Assembly: GCA_965214935.1 (NCBI GenBank)
Contig: CBDCCS010000001.1
Span: forward strand, 1 to 64,000
Reading direction: 5' to 3'
Length of the DNA: 64,000 nt
Source of the DNA: Candidatus Velthaea sp.
Lineage (GTDB): Bacteria; Vulcanimicrobiota; Vulcanimicrobiia; Vulcanimicrobiales; Vulcanimicrobiaceae
The position numbers and the translations under genes were made by a program. The notes beneath the pieces are model-generated. The model saw only the letters and a list, made by a program, of their open reading frames with translations, ran no database searches and was not told where the DNA came from. Shown here piece by piece: positions 1 through 10,256 of this stretch; position 1 is the stretch's first letter, and each line of letters opens with the position of its first letter.

Positions 1-123
1 CTATTCGACGATTTGAACCGTCGTGCGTCCATGGCGCGCGACGGTCCCTTACGCGCGTCGCTTTTCGATTGGGATACGTGCGCTCGGCGAACGCTCGAGA
101 TTTTTCAGGCCGGCGTGCGATGA
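1..123 (+). CDS. Glycosyltransferase family 4, C-terminal fragment (runs off window start)
   Basis: Frame +1 reads LFDDLNRRASMARDGPLRASLFDWDTCARRTLEIFQAGVR*, a typical GT4 tail (FxWxxxAxxTL); TGA overlaps the next ATG (ATGA at 120-123). Confidence 0.65.
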   Translation, partial: LFDDLNRRASMARDGPLRASLFDWDTCARRTLEIFQAGVR

Positions 124-1169
124 TCCGTGTCGGCGTGGATGTCTGGAATCTACCGGCTGACCGGCGTGGTATCGGACGCTACGTTCGTTCGATTCTCGAC
201 GCCTGGGCGAAACATGCACCCGAACGAATCGCCGTGACCCTAGTCATTCCCGAACGCTTCACGGCGTTTGCCGCGCAGCAATATCGCGACGAACTCTCGG
301 ACGGCAACGGCTATGCAGTCTGCTCGCGTTCAGCACTGGGCCGGACCAAGCTCGACGCGTTGTGGTTTCCGTTCAACGGCGTATCATGGAGCGACAATTT
401 TCGCGGCCCGGCGATTGCCACGTTGCACGACGCCTCGACCTTCGTACAACCCGGTTACGGCGACGCCGCACGTGCGCCGTTCATCGCTGCATCCAAGCGC
501 TGCGTTGCGCTCATCACCGACTCGCACTTTTCGGCAATCGAACTCGCGCGCGAGTTGGCAATATCGCGAGAGCGCTTAACGCCGATCCCGCTCGGCGTCG
601 CGCCGACGCGGCAGCCCGCAGCGTCTCCGGCGATCGACCCGCAGCTTTATGCGCCGTTCATCCTGTATGTCGGCGGCAGCGAACCGCGCAAAAATTTGCA
701 CAGTCTGTTCGGCGCGATGCGGCATCTGCGCGCCCGGTTTCCGCGGCTCGGTCTGGTGTTGATCGGACCGATGCCCTTTACCGTCGGCTCCGAACCGGGT
801 GTCCGGATCGCTGCTTTAGGCCGGGTGGATGAAGCAACGCTCGACGCCTTTTTTGCAGCGTGCACGGCCTTCGTCTATCCGTCGACCTACGAGGGCTTTG
901 GCTTGCCCATTCTCGAGGCGATGAATCAGGGCGCGCCGGTGATCGCGGCCCGCTCGTCGGCGCTGGCCGAAGCGGGCGGCGATGCCGCTTCATACGTGGA
1001 ACCGTTCGATGAGGTCGGCTATGCCGACGCCGTAACGCGCGTAATCGAAGGTGCGGAGTTCGCTCAACAACTGCGTGCACGCGGACGTGCGCGCGCCGCG
1101 TTGATGACGTGGGAACGAACCGCGCAAGCGACGTTAGCGGTCATCGAAAATGTGCTGGCGGCCGGCTAA
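120..1169 (+). CDS. Glycosyltransferase family 4 (GT-B)
   Basis: GIGRY N-terminal motif, RKN, and PSTYEGFGLPILEAM signature; ATG at 120 overlaps the upstream stop. Confidence 0.92.
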   Translation: MIRVGVDVWNLPADRRGIGRYVRSILDAWAKHAPERIAVTLVIPERFTAFAAQQYRDELSDGNGYAVCSRSALGRTKLDALWFPFNGVSWSDNFRGPAIATLHDASTFVQPGYGDAARAPFIAASKRCVALITDSHFSAIELARELAISRERLTPIPLGVAPTRQPAASPAIDPQLYAPFILYVGGSEPRKNLHSLFGAMRHLRARFPRLGLVLIGPMPFTVGSEPGVRIAALGRVDEATLDAFFAACTAFVYPSTYEGFGLPILEAMNQGAPVIAARSSALAEAGGDAASYVEPFDEVGYADAVTRVIEGAEFAQQLRARGRARAALMTWERTAQATLAVIENVLAAG

Positions 1170-1181
1170 ACGTAACACCGG

Positions 1182-2855
1182 ATGAGTAGCGCGGACGTTT
1201 CGGTCGTCGTACCGGCATTCAATAATTGTGCGTTGACGCGCCGTTGTATTGAAACGCTGTTAACCGTTACATCCGCGAACGTTATTGCCGACACGATCGT
1301 CGTCGACGACGGCTCGAACGACGGCGAGAGCGCCGCCTGGGCGGCGGCGGGCCGTTCGTTTCGGCCGGTTCTGTTGTCACGCAATCAAGGCTTCAGCCGG
1401 GCCTGCAACGCCGGAGCCGCTGCAAGCCGCGGGGAGTTCGTGCTCTTCCTCAACAACGATGCCTTTGTTTCGGCCGATGCGGTGGCGGCGATGCGTGCAG
1501 CTTTCAACGATCCGACCATCGGCATCGCCGGCGCAAAATTAGTGTATGGCGACGGAACGCTGCAGCATGCCGGACTGGCCTTACTTGCCGGTCCTGTTTC
1601 ACGTTGGTGGCACGTCCATCGCCGTCTCCCGGCTACGCTTGAAGACGCGAACGTTCGGCGCGATTTTCTCGCCGTCACCGGTGCAGCGCTGATGATCCGG
1701 CGTTCGGTGTTCGATGCGTTGGGCGGTTTTGATACACGCTATACGAACGGCTGGGAAGATGTCGATCTTTGCTTACGCACGTGGTGCCTGGGCTTGCGCG
1801 TGCTCTACGAGCCGCGGGCGGTCATCAAACATTTGGAAAGCGCAACGCTCGGCCGCAAACATGACGACCGCGATAACGAACAATCCTTCATTGGTCGCTG
1901 GAGCGAACATCTCACGGATGCGCCACGCTATCCGCTCGGCGAGATTCCGCCGCTCGCCGTTGCCGTACAGCCCGGCGGCATGCAAGCCGAGCGCACGGCC
2001 TGCGAACATTACGCACGAGCCTGGGCACGTGATTTCGGTGCGAGCGTCCGATTCACGCGAGCCGGATCGCGATTCGACCGGTTGAAGGTCGAATTTGCCG
2101 CCGCGCTGGCAAAACGGCAGCCGGTCTTGGAAGTAGCCTGGCAGGCGGCAACATTCGTCCAGGCGACCGGGACGCAACGCGTCGCCTTCGTCGCCCCGTG
2201 CAATGCCGTCGAAGCGTCGGCGTTCGCCGCAGTTGCAAACGTCGGCGCTTGGTGGACACCGACGGTGCAATCGCGCGACGCACTTGCGGCCGCCGGGCTG
2301 CCGCACGAACGTATTAGCGTTATACCTCCGGGCGCGACGATCGGAGCCGCTCCGCCGCTGCGCTCGGGCAGCATTACGATCGCCGCGGCCGAGAGCGATG
2401 CCGATGTGCTCGCATCGATCGCAAGTCGGACACCCGATATAACGACGCGGTTGCTGGCCGACGGCCCGCCGGATTTTGCGGCGGTCGACATCTACGTTGC
2501 GCGAAACGGCGGCGATCGCTATGGCCTGTTGATACCGGCTGCACTCGCGGCCGGATGTCATGTCGTGGCAAGCGCACCGCTCGATACGGAACTGGCAGCT
2601 ATGCCCGGCATGCACGTCGTCGGTGCAATGCAACTTGCGCTCGCGGCCGGCGCAATTGCCGGTCGACCTGCGGCGCTGCGCAGCGCGGCATCCGAGATTT
2701 ACCTGGCCGCGCGCCGGCAGCTTGACGCCGCGCTGGCAACGCAACACGCCGCCGAGGCCGCACGCGCCGTCGTTCATGGAACGCCGAGTTCCGCGGTGGC
2801 CGCCGTCGATGCGGCATTTGCAGCGCGGCTCCGGGACCGGCCCGTCAAAACATAG
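1182..2855 (+). CDS. Glycosyltransferase family 2 with degenerate GT-B-like C-terminal half
   Basis: VSVVVPAFN, VDDGS, NQGFSRACNAG, FLNND, VTGAALM and EDVDLC motifs. Confidence 0.88.
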   Translation: MSSADVSVVVPAFNNCALTRRCIETLLTVTSANVIADTIVVDDGSNDGESAAWAAAGRSFRPVLLSRNQGFSRACNAGAAASRGEFVLFLNNDAFVSADAVAAMRAAFNDPTIGIAGAKLVYGDGTLQHAGLALLAGPVSRWWHVHRRLPATLEDANVRRDFLAVTGAALMIRRSVFDALGGFDTRYTNGWEDVDLCLRTWCLGLRVLYEPRAVIKHLESATLGRKHDDRDNEQSFIGRWSEHLTDAPRYPLGEIPPLAVAVQPGGMQAERTACEHYARAWARDFGASVRFTRAGSRFDRLKVEFAAALAKRQPVLEVAWQAATFVQATGTQRVAFVAPCNAVEASAFAAVANVGAWWTPTVQSRDALAAAGLPHERISVIPPGATIGAAPPLRSGSITIAAAESDADVLASIASRTPDITTRLLADGPPDFAAVDIYVARNGGDRYGLLIPAALAAGCHVVASAPLDTELAAMPGMHVVGAMQLALAAGAIAGRPAALRSAASEIYLAARRQLDAALATQHAAEAARAVVHGTPSSAVAAVDAAFAARLRDRPVKT

Positions 2856-2857
2856 CG

Positions 2858-3775
2858 ATGCCCGATCGCAACCAGTACGGCGTCAGCGCTCACCTTATCG
2901 TCGGGCGTGCGGACGAACCGTTTTTAGGCGCCCTATTAAGCAGTCTAGTGGGCGCCGTCGATACTATCATCGTTAACGACAACAGCGGTACGATCGACAA
3001 CGCGAACGCGCGAACGCTCGAACGCTCGGCGTTTGCACGGGATCAACGGCTGTTTGTCGTTCGGGCGCCGTTCAGCGATTTTGCCGATGCGCGCAACCGC
3101 GTGCTCGATCTTCACCGCCGGCACGGCTTGGGTGAATGGGCGGCGTTTGTCGATGCGGATGAAGTCCATCGACCCATCGTCGGAACGATCGCGCGCGGAT
3201 TGGCCGCACTTCCGTCCGAGATTTGCTTTGTCGACGGTTACACGCGTCACTATTTTCGTTCGTTGCGTTGGTACACGACGATCGAACGGCGGATGAGCTT
3301 CTTTCGCGTCACCCCGGACGTGCTTTGGACCGGGCGGATTCACGAACGCTTATCCGGCGCGGCGGGCAGTCGTCTTGCTCTGCCGTATGTTTACGATCAC
3401 TACGGAGCGGTTTTCCCGATGGAGCGTCAAGCCGCAAAAGGCCGGCAGTATGCCGCGTTAGGCCAGCTTGGGCAAACGGCGACCGAATCGGATCTCGTCA
3501 GCTTGAGCGAGCGAAATTTCTTTGCCGAGCACTGGCCGCTGTTGTTACGCTATCATGGCGAACACTCCGCCGCGGCCGTCGATGTTGCCCGGAATCTCGG
3601 GTCGACAAGCGAAAGCGAACGAGCGTTAGAACGAACGATCGCCGATTTTCAGCCGCTCAACGTTCGTGCCGCGAACGTCGTGCGGCGGCTAAACTTCGAG
3701 TATCGCTGGCGCGCGCGCCGGCTCGACCCACGCGCTCGCAATCTCATGCGTGCGCAGCGGCCTTTGCCGCAATGA
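2858..3775 (+). CDS. Glycosyltransferase family 2-like protein
   Basis: FADARN, VDADE and W.GRIHE motifs of GT-A enzymes; directly follows the previous GT gene. Confidence 0.75.
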   Translation: MPDRNQYGVSAHLIVGRADEPFLGALLSSLVGAVDTIIVNDNSGTIDNANARTLERSAFARDQRLFVVRAPFSDFADARNRVLDLHRRHGLGEWAAFVDADEVHRPIVGTIARGLAALPSEICFVDGYTRHYFRSLRWYTTIERRMSFFRVTPDVLWTGRIHERLSGAAGSRLALPYVYDHYGAVFPMERQAAKGRQYAALGQLGQTATESDLVSLSERNFFAEHWPLLLRYHGEHSAAAVDVARNLGSTSESERALERTIADFQPLNVRAANVVRRLNFEYRWRARRLDPRARNLMRAQRPLPQ

Positions 3776-4604
3776 GATAGATTTGACTTGCATGTAATTC
3801 GTCAACGTCCGTTGGTTGCAAACCTTTGAGTGCAAGTCGCGCCGTATCGATGCGATAGGTTCCGGCGCGCTCGCGCGACACCAGCACGTGCGAATGATCG
3901 GCGTTCAAGCGCGTGCGTATCGCATGCACGATATGCAGGACGGACTCCGGTCCGGGCACCCGCTTTAGCGCAACGCGTTCGGGCAGATGTCCGTCGATAT
4001 TAAATACCGTCCGTTCGACGGTATAACCCGTGTCGCCGAAGAGCGCACGCATTTCCTTGTACGTGAAAAACCGGATATGCGTGATGTCGAGCAAGCCTTC
4101 ATCCCGGTAATCGAAATAGCCGCGCACGATCTTTTCCAACAGCCAGAGATTGCGGACGTTCGGGATCGATGCGATCACGCGACCGCCGGGGGCGAGCAGC
4201 GACCGCATGCGCCCGAGCAGATGCCACGGGTCGTACATGTGCTCGAGCACATCGGCCACGATGATGAGATCGAGCGAGCCGTCGGCGATCCCATGCTCGG
4301 CAAAATCGAGCGTTTCGGCATCTGCGTGAATGACACGGTCGAGTCGCGCGCGCGCGCGTTCGGCGGCAGCCGCGACCGGTTCGATGCCGATGACGAATGC
4401 AGCCGGGTGCCGGCGTTTCAACGCCGCATCAGTTGCACCGCTACCGCAACCGATATCGAGCACCCGCTTCGGCGACGACGCGATCAAGTCGAGCAACTCC
4501 GTCCGCACTCGCTCGTAATAATGGTCGCTTTCGCCGCGCTCGATCTGCGACGTTGCGCCGAGCCACCGCCAGGCATCAGGCGATGTCGTCAAGCTGTCTG
4601 TCAT
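3744..4604 (-). CDS. Class I SAM-dependent methyltransferase (glycan-modification type)
   Basis: VLDIGCGSG motif I, DVLEH, SIPNVRN, GLLDITHIRFFT. Confidence 0.88.
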   Translation of the reverse strand: MTDSLTTSPDAWRWLGATSQIERGESDHYYERVRTELLDLIASSPKRVLDIGCGSGATDAALKRRHPAAFVIGIEPVAAAAERARARLDRVIHADAETLDFAEHGIADGSLDLIIVADVLEHMYDPWHLLGRMRSLLAPGGRVIASIPNVRNLWLLEKIVRGYFDYRDEGLLDITHIRFFTYKEMRALFGDTGYTVERTVFNIDGHLPERVALKRVPGPESVLHIVHAIRTRLNADHSHVLVSRERAGTYRIDTARLALKGLQPTDVDELHASQIYLIAAKAAAHA

Positions 4605-4729
4605 CGTTCGAGTCGGTTTCTGCGCGCGCGCGGCGATTTCGTTTCGGGCGCGGCTTGCCGACTTGCCGCGCCGTCATGCATGCGTGAACGATGCACAACT
4701 TCTTCGAGTCGCTTTAACGCGGAGGTAGT

Positions 4730-6283
4730 GTGGATATCAATCCGGCGGGGTCGCCCCGCGTCATTCTTACCGGTAGCGAACGCATCGCAAACCCCGAGGC
4801 CACCCGGGTCGACGCGATCGATCCGAACGAGCGTATCGCCGTTACGTTACGGTTGCGCCCCGATCAAGCGATCCCCGATACGTACGCAGGCCAGACCCGC
4901 GATGAATTCGAGCAGCTGCATAGCGCTCGGCCGAGCGACATTGCCGGCGTCGATCGCTTCGCCCAAGAGTACGGTCTGCAAACCGAACGTATCGATGCCG
5001 CAGAACGAACGGTCGCCTTGTCGGGTACCGCCGCGCAGATGCATGCGGCCTTTGATGTGGATCTGGCGGAATATCACACCGCGCAAGAAACGTATCGCGG
5101 CCGCGTCGGCGCATTGAGTCTGCCGCAAGATGTCGCTGCGGCGGTTACGAACGTAAGCGGGCTCGACGATCGGACGACGTCCGAGTCGCATCGAATCGTC
5201 GCCGACACGACGGAAGCGGTCGCTGCGCGCGGATACACACCGCTTGACGTTGCCAAAGCCTACAACTTTCCCGCCGGCGACGGTACCGGCGAACACGTCG
5301 GCGTCATCTCGCTTGGCGGACGTTACGACGATCGCGTGCAAGCGGCATATCAAGCGGCGCTCGGCGTACCGCACGTCCCATTCAATGTCGTAAAGATCGA
5401 CGGCGGCGCGGACCGGCCGAGCGATCCCGGCCCGACCGGCGAGAATATGCTGGATGCCGAGATGATCGGCGCGCTCGTGCCGAACGCCGACAAAACCATG
5501 TACATCGCGCCCAACACGGATCGCGGCTTCCTCGATGCGATTTCAACGGCGCTCCACGACAAGCACCATAACAGCGCGATTTCTATTTCGTGGGGCGGCC
5601 CCGAGGAGCGCTTCACGCCGATCGCCGTGCGTGCGTTCAACGAGTTATTCAAAGAAGCTCGAGCAATGGGCGTCAATGTGTTTTCGGCCGCCGGCGACAA
5701 CGGCGCGACCGATGGGCTGGACGACGGTGCGTTGCACACCGACTTCCCGTCCTCGAGCCCCGGCGTTATCGGGAACGGCGGCTCGAAGCTGACGTTGACG
5801 GCAGACGGCGCGATCGCGAAGGAAACGGTTTGGAACGAGCTGGCGCATCATCAAGGTGCTACGGGCGGCGGTATCAGTCAGATCAATCCGAAGCCGCCGG
5901 TTCAACGTGCACTGCCGATTGCAGGTCGCGGCGTCCCGGACATTGCCGGCAACGCCGACCCGGTAACCGGCTTCAAGATGTTCGTGCCGGCGGGAGTGCC
6001 GGGCAAGGTGGGGGTCGAGCTCGTTGGCGGAACGAGCGCGGTGGCACCGCTTTATGCCGCGCTGGCCGCTCGCCTCGAACAGAACCTCGGACATCCGATC
6101 GGCGACCTGCAACAGGCCATTTACGCCGCACCGGCCGATGCATTCCATGACATCAAAACCGGTAACAACGACGGTTACAAGGCGCAAGCCGGCTGGGACG
6201 CCGCCACCGGTCGCGGTTCGGTCAACGGCACCGAATTGCTCGCGTACCTGAACGATACGCCCGAAGCAAAGCATCTCGCCTGA
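4730..6283 (+). CDS. S53 family peptidase (kumamolisin/sedolisin-like) with pro-domain
   Basis: GENMLD (catalytic Glu/Asp), SISWG, AAGDNG oxyanion Asp, GGTSAVAP catalytic Ser, GWDAATGRG; GGAGG before GTG. Confidence 0.93.
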   Translation: MDINPAGSPRVILTGSERIANPEATRVDAIDPNERIAVTLRLRPDQAIPDTYAGQTRDEFEQLHSARPSDIAGVDRFAQEYGLQTERIDAAERTVALSGTAAQMHAAFDVDLAEYHTAQETYRGRVGALSLPQDVAAAVTNVSGLDDRTTSESHRIVADTTEAVAARGYTPLDVAKAYNFPAGDGTGEHVGVISLGGRYDDRVQAAYQAALGVPHVPFNVVKIDGGADRPSDPGPTGENMLDAEMIGALVPNADKTMYIAPNTDRGFLDAISTALHDKHHNSAISISWGGPEERFTPIAVRAFNELFKEARAMGVNVFSAAGDNGATDGLDDGALHTDFPSSSPGVIGNGGSKLTLTADGAIAKETVWNELAHHQGATGGGISQINPKPPVQRALPIAGRGVPDIAGNADPVTGFKMFVPAGVPGKVGVELVGGTSAVAPLYAALAARLEQNLGHPIGDLQQAIYAAPADAFHDIKTGNNDGYKAQAGWDAATGRGSVNGTELLAYLNDTPEAKHLA

Positions 6284-6662
6284 TTGCCGCTCGTGCCGTA
6301 GCAGTCGCGTTCGCTCGCTCGGCACGCCGGCGCGCCGAATCGTAAACCGGATCGATTCCTTGACGTAATCACCAACCGAGCGCGAAGAAGTCGGCTAACA
6401 TAATGTGGGCCGAATGAACGGATACGAACGGAGTCGCCCGGCCGAACCGTCGCAAGCCCGCGAACGGGTGCACCAACGCTATCAATACTCTTTGGATGCA
6501 CGTCTATGAACGAACAGGCGCTGACGGAAGCAACGCGCATGGCGGCCATGAAGGAATGCATGCCGGACATCCAGATCATCGAACGGCAATGAGCGAGATG
6601 CTGCCGCCCAACGGTTGCGAGCCGTACGGTCGGAGCAACCGGGCCGCAAGCGATCCGATCGT

Positions 6663-8075
6663 ATGACGGCGGCGACGCAGAACGTTAGCAACGGCGATCC
6701 GCTTGAACGGCGCAACGTACTGCTGTACACGCTCTCGGCAATCGCGGTTTTTACCGCTTTTGCAATGATGCGCGCAACATATTGGACGTACGGCGCCGAT
6801 ACCGGCACCTTCGCTCAGGTGATCGTGGACGCACTGCACGGTATGCGCAACGGGATCGAACACGGCACCCATTACCGCTACCATTGGTCGCCATCGCTCG
6901 TTCTGCTCCGGCCGTTGATGGCGTTGACCCACTCGGCTTTGACGCTGCAGATGTTGCAGGTCGTCGTCACGTTCATGACTGCGCCGCTGATGTACGAACT
7001 CTTTCGTCCGTATGCCGGAGCGCGAATCGCGGCGCGGTTGGCCTATCTGACTTTGCTGTATCCGCCGCTCGAAGCGATCGGCTTCAATGAGTTTCACGAA
7101 CTCGGCCTGCTTACGCCGCTAATCGTCGGTGCGGTGCTTGCCGCAGACCGCTCACATTGGGTCACCTTTGCGGTCCTCGTAACGCTGGCCGCCGGGCTGC
7201 GCGAAGACGTCTGTCTCGAGTTCGTCATTATCGGAACGGCACTTGCGTTGTACCTGCGAACGGCGCGACCGGCAACGGCCGCGGCAGCCGCGTTCACGGC
7301 GCTACTTTCGGCGGCATCGATCGGAGTGTACTACGGCGCCGTCATACCCCATCTCGGCGCTTGGCGCCCGGCTGCATTCTACCGCTATTCGTTTGCCGAC
7401 GGTCCATTGCAAGTCGTGTCCGCGCTCGTCGTGCATCCGCTGGCCACGTTGCCGGTTTTTCTTACGCTCGGGCGGCTAACCTACGTTCTCGAAGCGCTCG
7501 TTCCGCTGGCCTTTCTCCCGCTGCGCACCGTCTCGGGGCTGCTGGCAGTACCCGGATTCTGCGTCATTCTGCTGGCGAATTCCGGTTTAGTGTGGCGTAT
7601 GGGAATGCATTACTCGGCGCTCTGGATCGCGTGGCTGCTACTTGCTACCGGCGTTGCAACAGTTCAGCTCGTCCGGCGCACGAACGAACGGATCGCTCTG
7701 CGCCGGCTTACACTTGCGATGACCGTCTGCGCCGTCTTTCTCATTGCATTCGATCCAATGCATCCGTTGCATTACTTGCACCCGAGTTACGGCGACATTG
7801 CGGCCGCTCGAGCGACGCTTGCATGCGTCCCGCCGTCGGCCTCGGTCTCGACCCACGACGAGTGGTTCTCGGCGATTGCAGCCGGCCGGCCGCGCGCGAC
7901 CGTCGGCGTGAGCGGCGGCGTCGATTACCTCGTTTACGCCGACGATTATCCGAACGACGAATTTCGCACCCTGCTCGGTCCGGCCGTTAAGCGCGCGGTT
8001 GTCGGGGGCGAATACCGCGTTATCTGCGCCAACCATCATGTTACGGCTTACGTTCGCGTCGCGCGTACGCGTTGA
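6663..8075 (+). CDS. DUF2079-like polytopic membrane protein (possible GT-C fold)
   Basis: Many hydrophobic segments; D.G.F.Q, H.SP, EFHE and REDV motifs. Confidence 0.7.
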   Translation: MTAATQNVSNGDPLERRNVLLYTLSAIAVFTAFAMMRATYWTYGADTGTFAQVIVDALHGMRNGIEHGTHYRYHWSPSLVLLRPLMALTHSALTLQMLQVVVTFMTAPLMYELFRPYAGARIAARLAYLTLLYPPLEAIGFNEFHELGLLTPLIVGAVLAADRSHWVTFAVLVTLAAGLREDVCLEFVIIGTALALYLRTARPATAAAAAFTALLSAASIGVYYGAVIPHLGAWRPAAFYRYSFADGPLQVVSALVVHPLATLPVFLTLGRLTYVLEALVPLAFLPLRTVSGLLAVPGFCVILLANSGLVWRMGMHYSALWIAWLLLATGVATVQLVRRTNERIALRRLTLAMTVCAVFLIAFDPMHPLHYLHPSYGDIAAARATLACVPPSASVSTHDEWFSAIAAGRPRATVGVSGGVDYLVYADDYPNDEFRTLLGPAVKRAVVGGEYRVICANHHVTAYVRVARTR

Positions 8076-8285
8076 ACGCTCTCAGCGGCCGCACCGAGAC
8101 CTCGCCGAAAATTCGGCGGATGGAGCCGAATCTGCGACCGATCGTGCATGCATGTCCGCCGAACGCTAGCAATCCAGGCTTGCGGTGTGAGAGCGATTGG
8201 ATTGAAGTGCAGGCACATCCATCAACGATACGGTCGTAACCGCCGATTCTGTCGCTGCTCGCGCGGTAGCGAACGGTCGCATTGA

Positions 8286-10256
8286 CTAACGCGTGAGCGA
8301 AACGTTCGAGGGGTAAATCGGCCGATTGATGACGTTCTCGAGGACCTCGGGCGATGCCCCGACGATAACGTCGCAAAAGCGCGCGAAGTTCTCGCGCTCA
8401 GCTTCGCCCTCGGCAAACCGGCTATTCTTCGTGAGATCGATCTTCGCGCCGACTTCACGAAAGCGAATGAGCCGGCCGTCGTCATCGATGCCGGTGTCGA
8501 TGAGGCCGGCATCCTCGAATATGCGGACCGCCGCGCTGACAGTCCCGGCGTCGACCTTATCCATCGTCAGCGTATCGGCGATATCGACATAAGTCATCCG
8601 CAGCACCGAGTCGCTCGCGAGCCGCTTCATTTCGCGGTACAGCGAGCGCAACGTGTAGAGCGTCGGAGCCGATCGTTCGATAATGAAGTCGTTGATGCGC
8701 CGGTCTTTTTGTCCGAACAATAGGTGAATTTGCGCGTCTTCACCATCGCGTCCGGCGCGGCCGGATTGTTGATTGAATTCGGTAAAATCGAAATTGAGAT
8801 GATATAAAAAGACGTTGCGAACATCCGGCAGGTCGATGCCTTCTCCAAATGCCGACGTTGCCACAACCGTTCGAAGACGGTTCTCGCGAAACAAACGCTC
8901 GATTTCTAAGCGATCGGCCGTCGGCACACCCGCATGGTAAAACGCAACGTGATCGCCACCGGCGGCACGCAGCTTTTCCGCCAGTTTCGTTGCCTCGCTG
9001 CGCGAATTACAATAGACGATCGACTTTCCCGACTCGGAGACCCGAGCAGCGATGTAAGCGAATTTGTTCGTCACCTCGCGGGCGTCGACCATTGAAAGAT
9101 TCGCGCGAACGGTCGGGTCGATGACCCAAGCGTCGATGCCGAGCACCGCGACAATGCGCGCAAACACTTCATCGGTTGCCGTGGCGGTTAACGCGATGAT
9201 TTGCGGCGAATCAAGCGCCGCGATTGCTTCTCCGATTCGTCCGTACGCCGGCCGATGTTTTGAATCGTAGACATGGTGCGCCTCATCGACGACGATCAGC
9301 CCGGGCCGGCCGTTAGCCGTCCGAAAACGGTCGAGATGAAAGCTGAAGAACTCGGGAGTGGCGCACAGAATATCCCACTCGCCCGATTCGAGCGCATCCA
9401 TCAACATCGCACGCTCGTTTAAGTCGATCGCACCGTTCGCGCGAAAGAGACGCACTCCCAGCGGTCCCAGACGGCGCACCATCGCTTCATACTGATCGTT
9501 GGCAAGGGCGCGCAACGGATACAGAACCACCGTCTTGGATCGGCGTTCGAGCGCTGCAACTGCGGCCGGATAGGCAAAGCATAGCGATTTTCCACGCCCG
9601 GTGCCGAGAATGGCAAGGGTGTTACGGCCTGCTTCAACGCGTTCGAGTACCGCAGACTGCGCGTCGCGGAGCGGACGATCGCCGATCAAAGCGTGCAGCA
9701 CGTCATCGCGCGAATACGCGCTACGACCGGCCGGTTTCGCTCGCTCGGGTTTGGGACGGTCGCGCTTAATATGGACGTTGACGCCCGAACTACGCGTTCC
9801 GCCGCCGGTAACACTTGCGATCTCAGCGCGATAGCGTTGTCCGCCATCGATGTTTTCCGCAAGACGGCGTGCGATCTGTTTGCGCAAATAACCGATTTGC
9901 AATTCGCCGTAAAACACGGCGATGGCATTGGGGTCGTACGCGTTGTCAGGCTCGCGACGAAGTTCGAGCGGGACTCCGGGCGCTAAGCCGCCGATTACGT
10001 CTTGACGGCCCTCGAAAGTGACGCCGACAACTTTGCTAAAGAATTCGTCGACGTCACCGATCGAAGCAAATCGATCGTGCTCGAGATAGGCGTGTCCGTT
10101 GGCATACAGCCGATCGAGAAATGCATCGGGGTCGCTCGAAACGTCCGGCGTTGCGGTTGACTCGGGTGCCTGACCGAAGGTAGCTAAGAGCCGCTCGAAA
10201 GCCGCCTCCGACGCGGTCGGCAACGGTAAACGCGACGCGCTATTCGGCTTTGTCAC
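8286..10256 (-). CDS. HIRAN-domain RecQ-like DEAH helicase
   Basis: HIRAN signature SKVVGVTFEGRQ...LRREPDNAYDPNAIAV...IGYL; GTGRGKS, DEAH, TAT, ATSAFGEGID, QQSGRAGRDG. Confidence 0.9.
   Translation of the reverse strand: MTKPNSASRLPLPTASEAAFERLLATFGQAPESTATPDVSSDPDAFLDRLYANGHAYLEHDRFASIGDVDEFFSKVVGVTFEGRQDVIGGLAPGVPLELRREPDNAYDPNAIAVFYGELQIGYLRKQIARRLAENIDGGQRYRAEIASVTGGGTRSSGVNVHIKRDRPKPERAKPAGRSAYSRDDVLHALIGDRPLRDAQSAVLERVEAGRNTLAILGTGRGKSLCFAYPAAVAALERRSKTVVLYPLRALANDQYEAMVRRLGPLGVRLFRANGAIDLNERAMLMDALESGEWDILCATPEFFSFHLDRFRTANGRPGLIVVDEAHHVYDSKHRPAYGRIGEAIAALDSPQIIALTATATDEVFARIVAVLGIDAWVIDPTVRANLSMVDAREVTNKFAYIAARVSESGKSIVYCNSRSEATKLAEKLRAAGGDHVAFYHAGVPTADRLEIERLFRENRLRTVVATSAFGEGIDLPDVRNVFLYHLNFDFTEFNQQSGRAGRDGEDAQIHLLFGQKDRRINDFIIERSAPTLYTLRSLYREMKRLASDSVLRMTYVDIADTLTMDKVDAGTVSAAVRIFEDAGLIDTGIDDDGRLIRFREVGAKIDLTKNSRFAEGEAERENFARFCDVIVGASPEVLENVINRPIYPSNVSLTR

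Noticed and set aside
3987..5117. 376-aa plus-strand ORF
   Set aside because: Antisense shadow of the methyltransferase running out of frame into the S53 gene; no recognisable motifs; expected at high GC.
6284..6662. Intergenic gap with short ORFs and TTGACG/CATAAT hexamers
   Set aside because: Hexamer spacing is about 33 nt, the short ORFs have no recognisable features, and no RNA fold was recognised.
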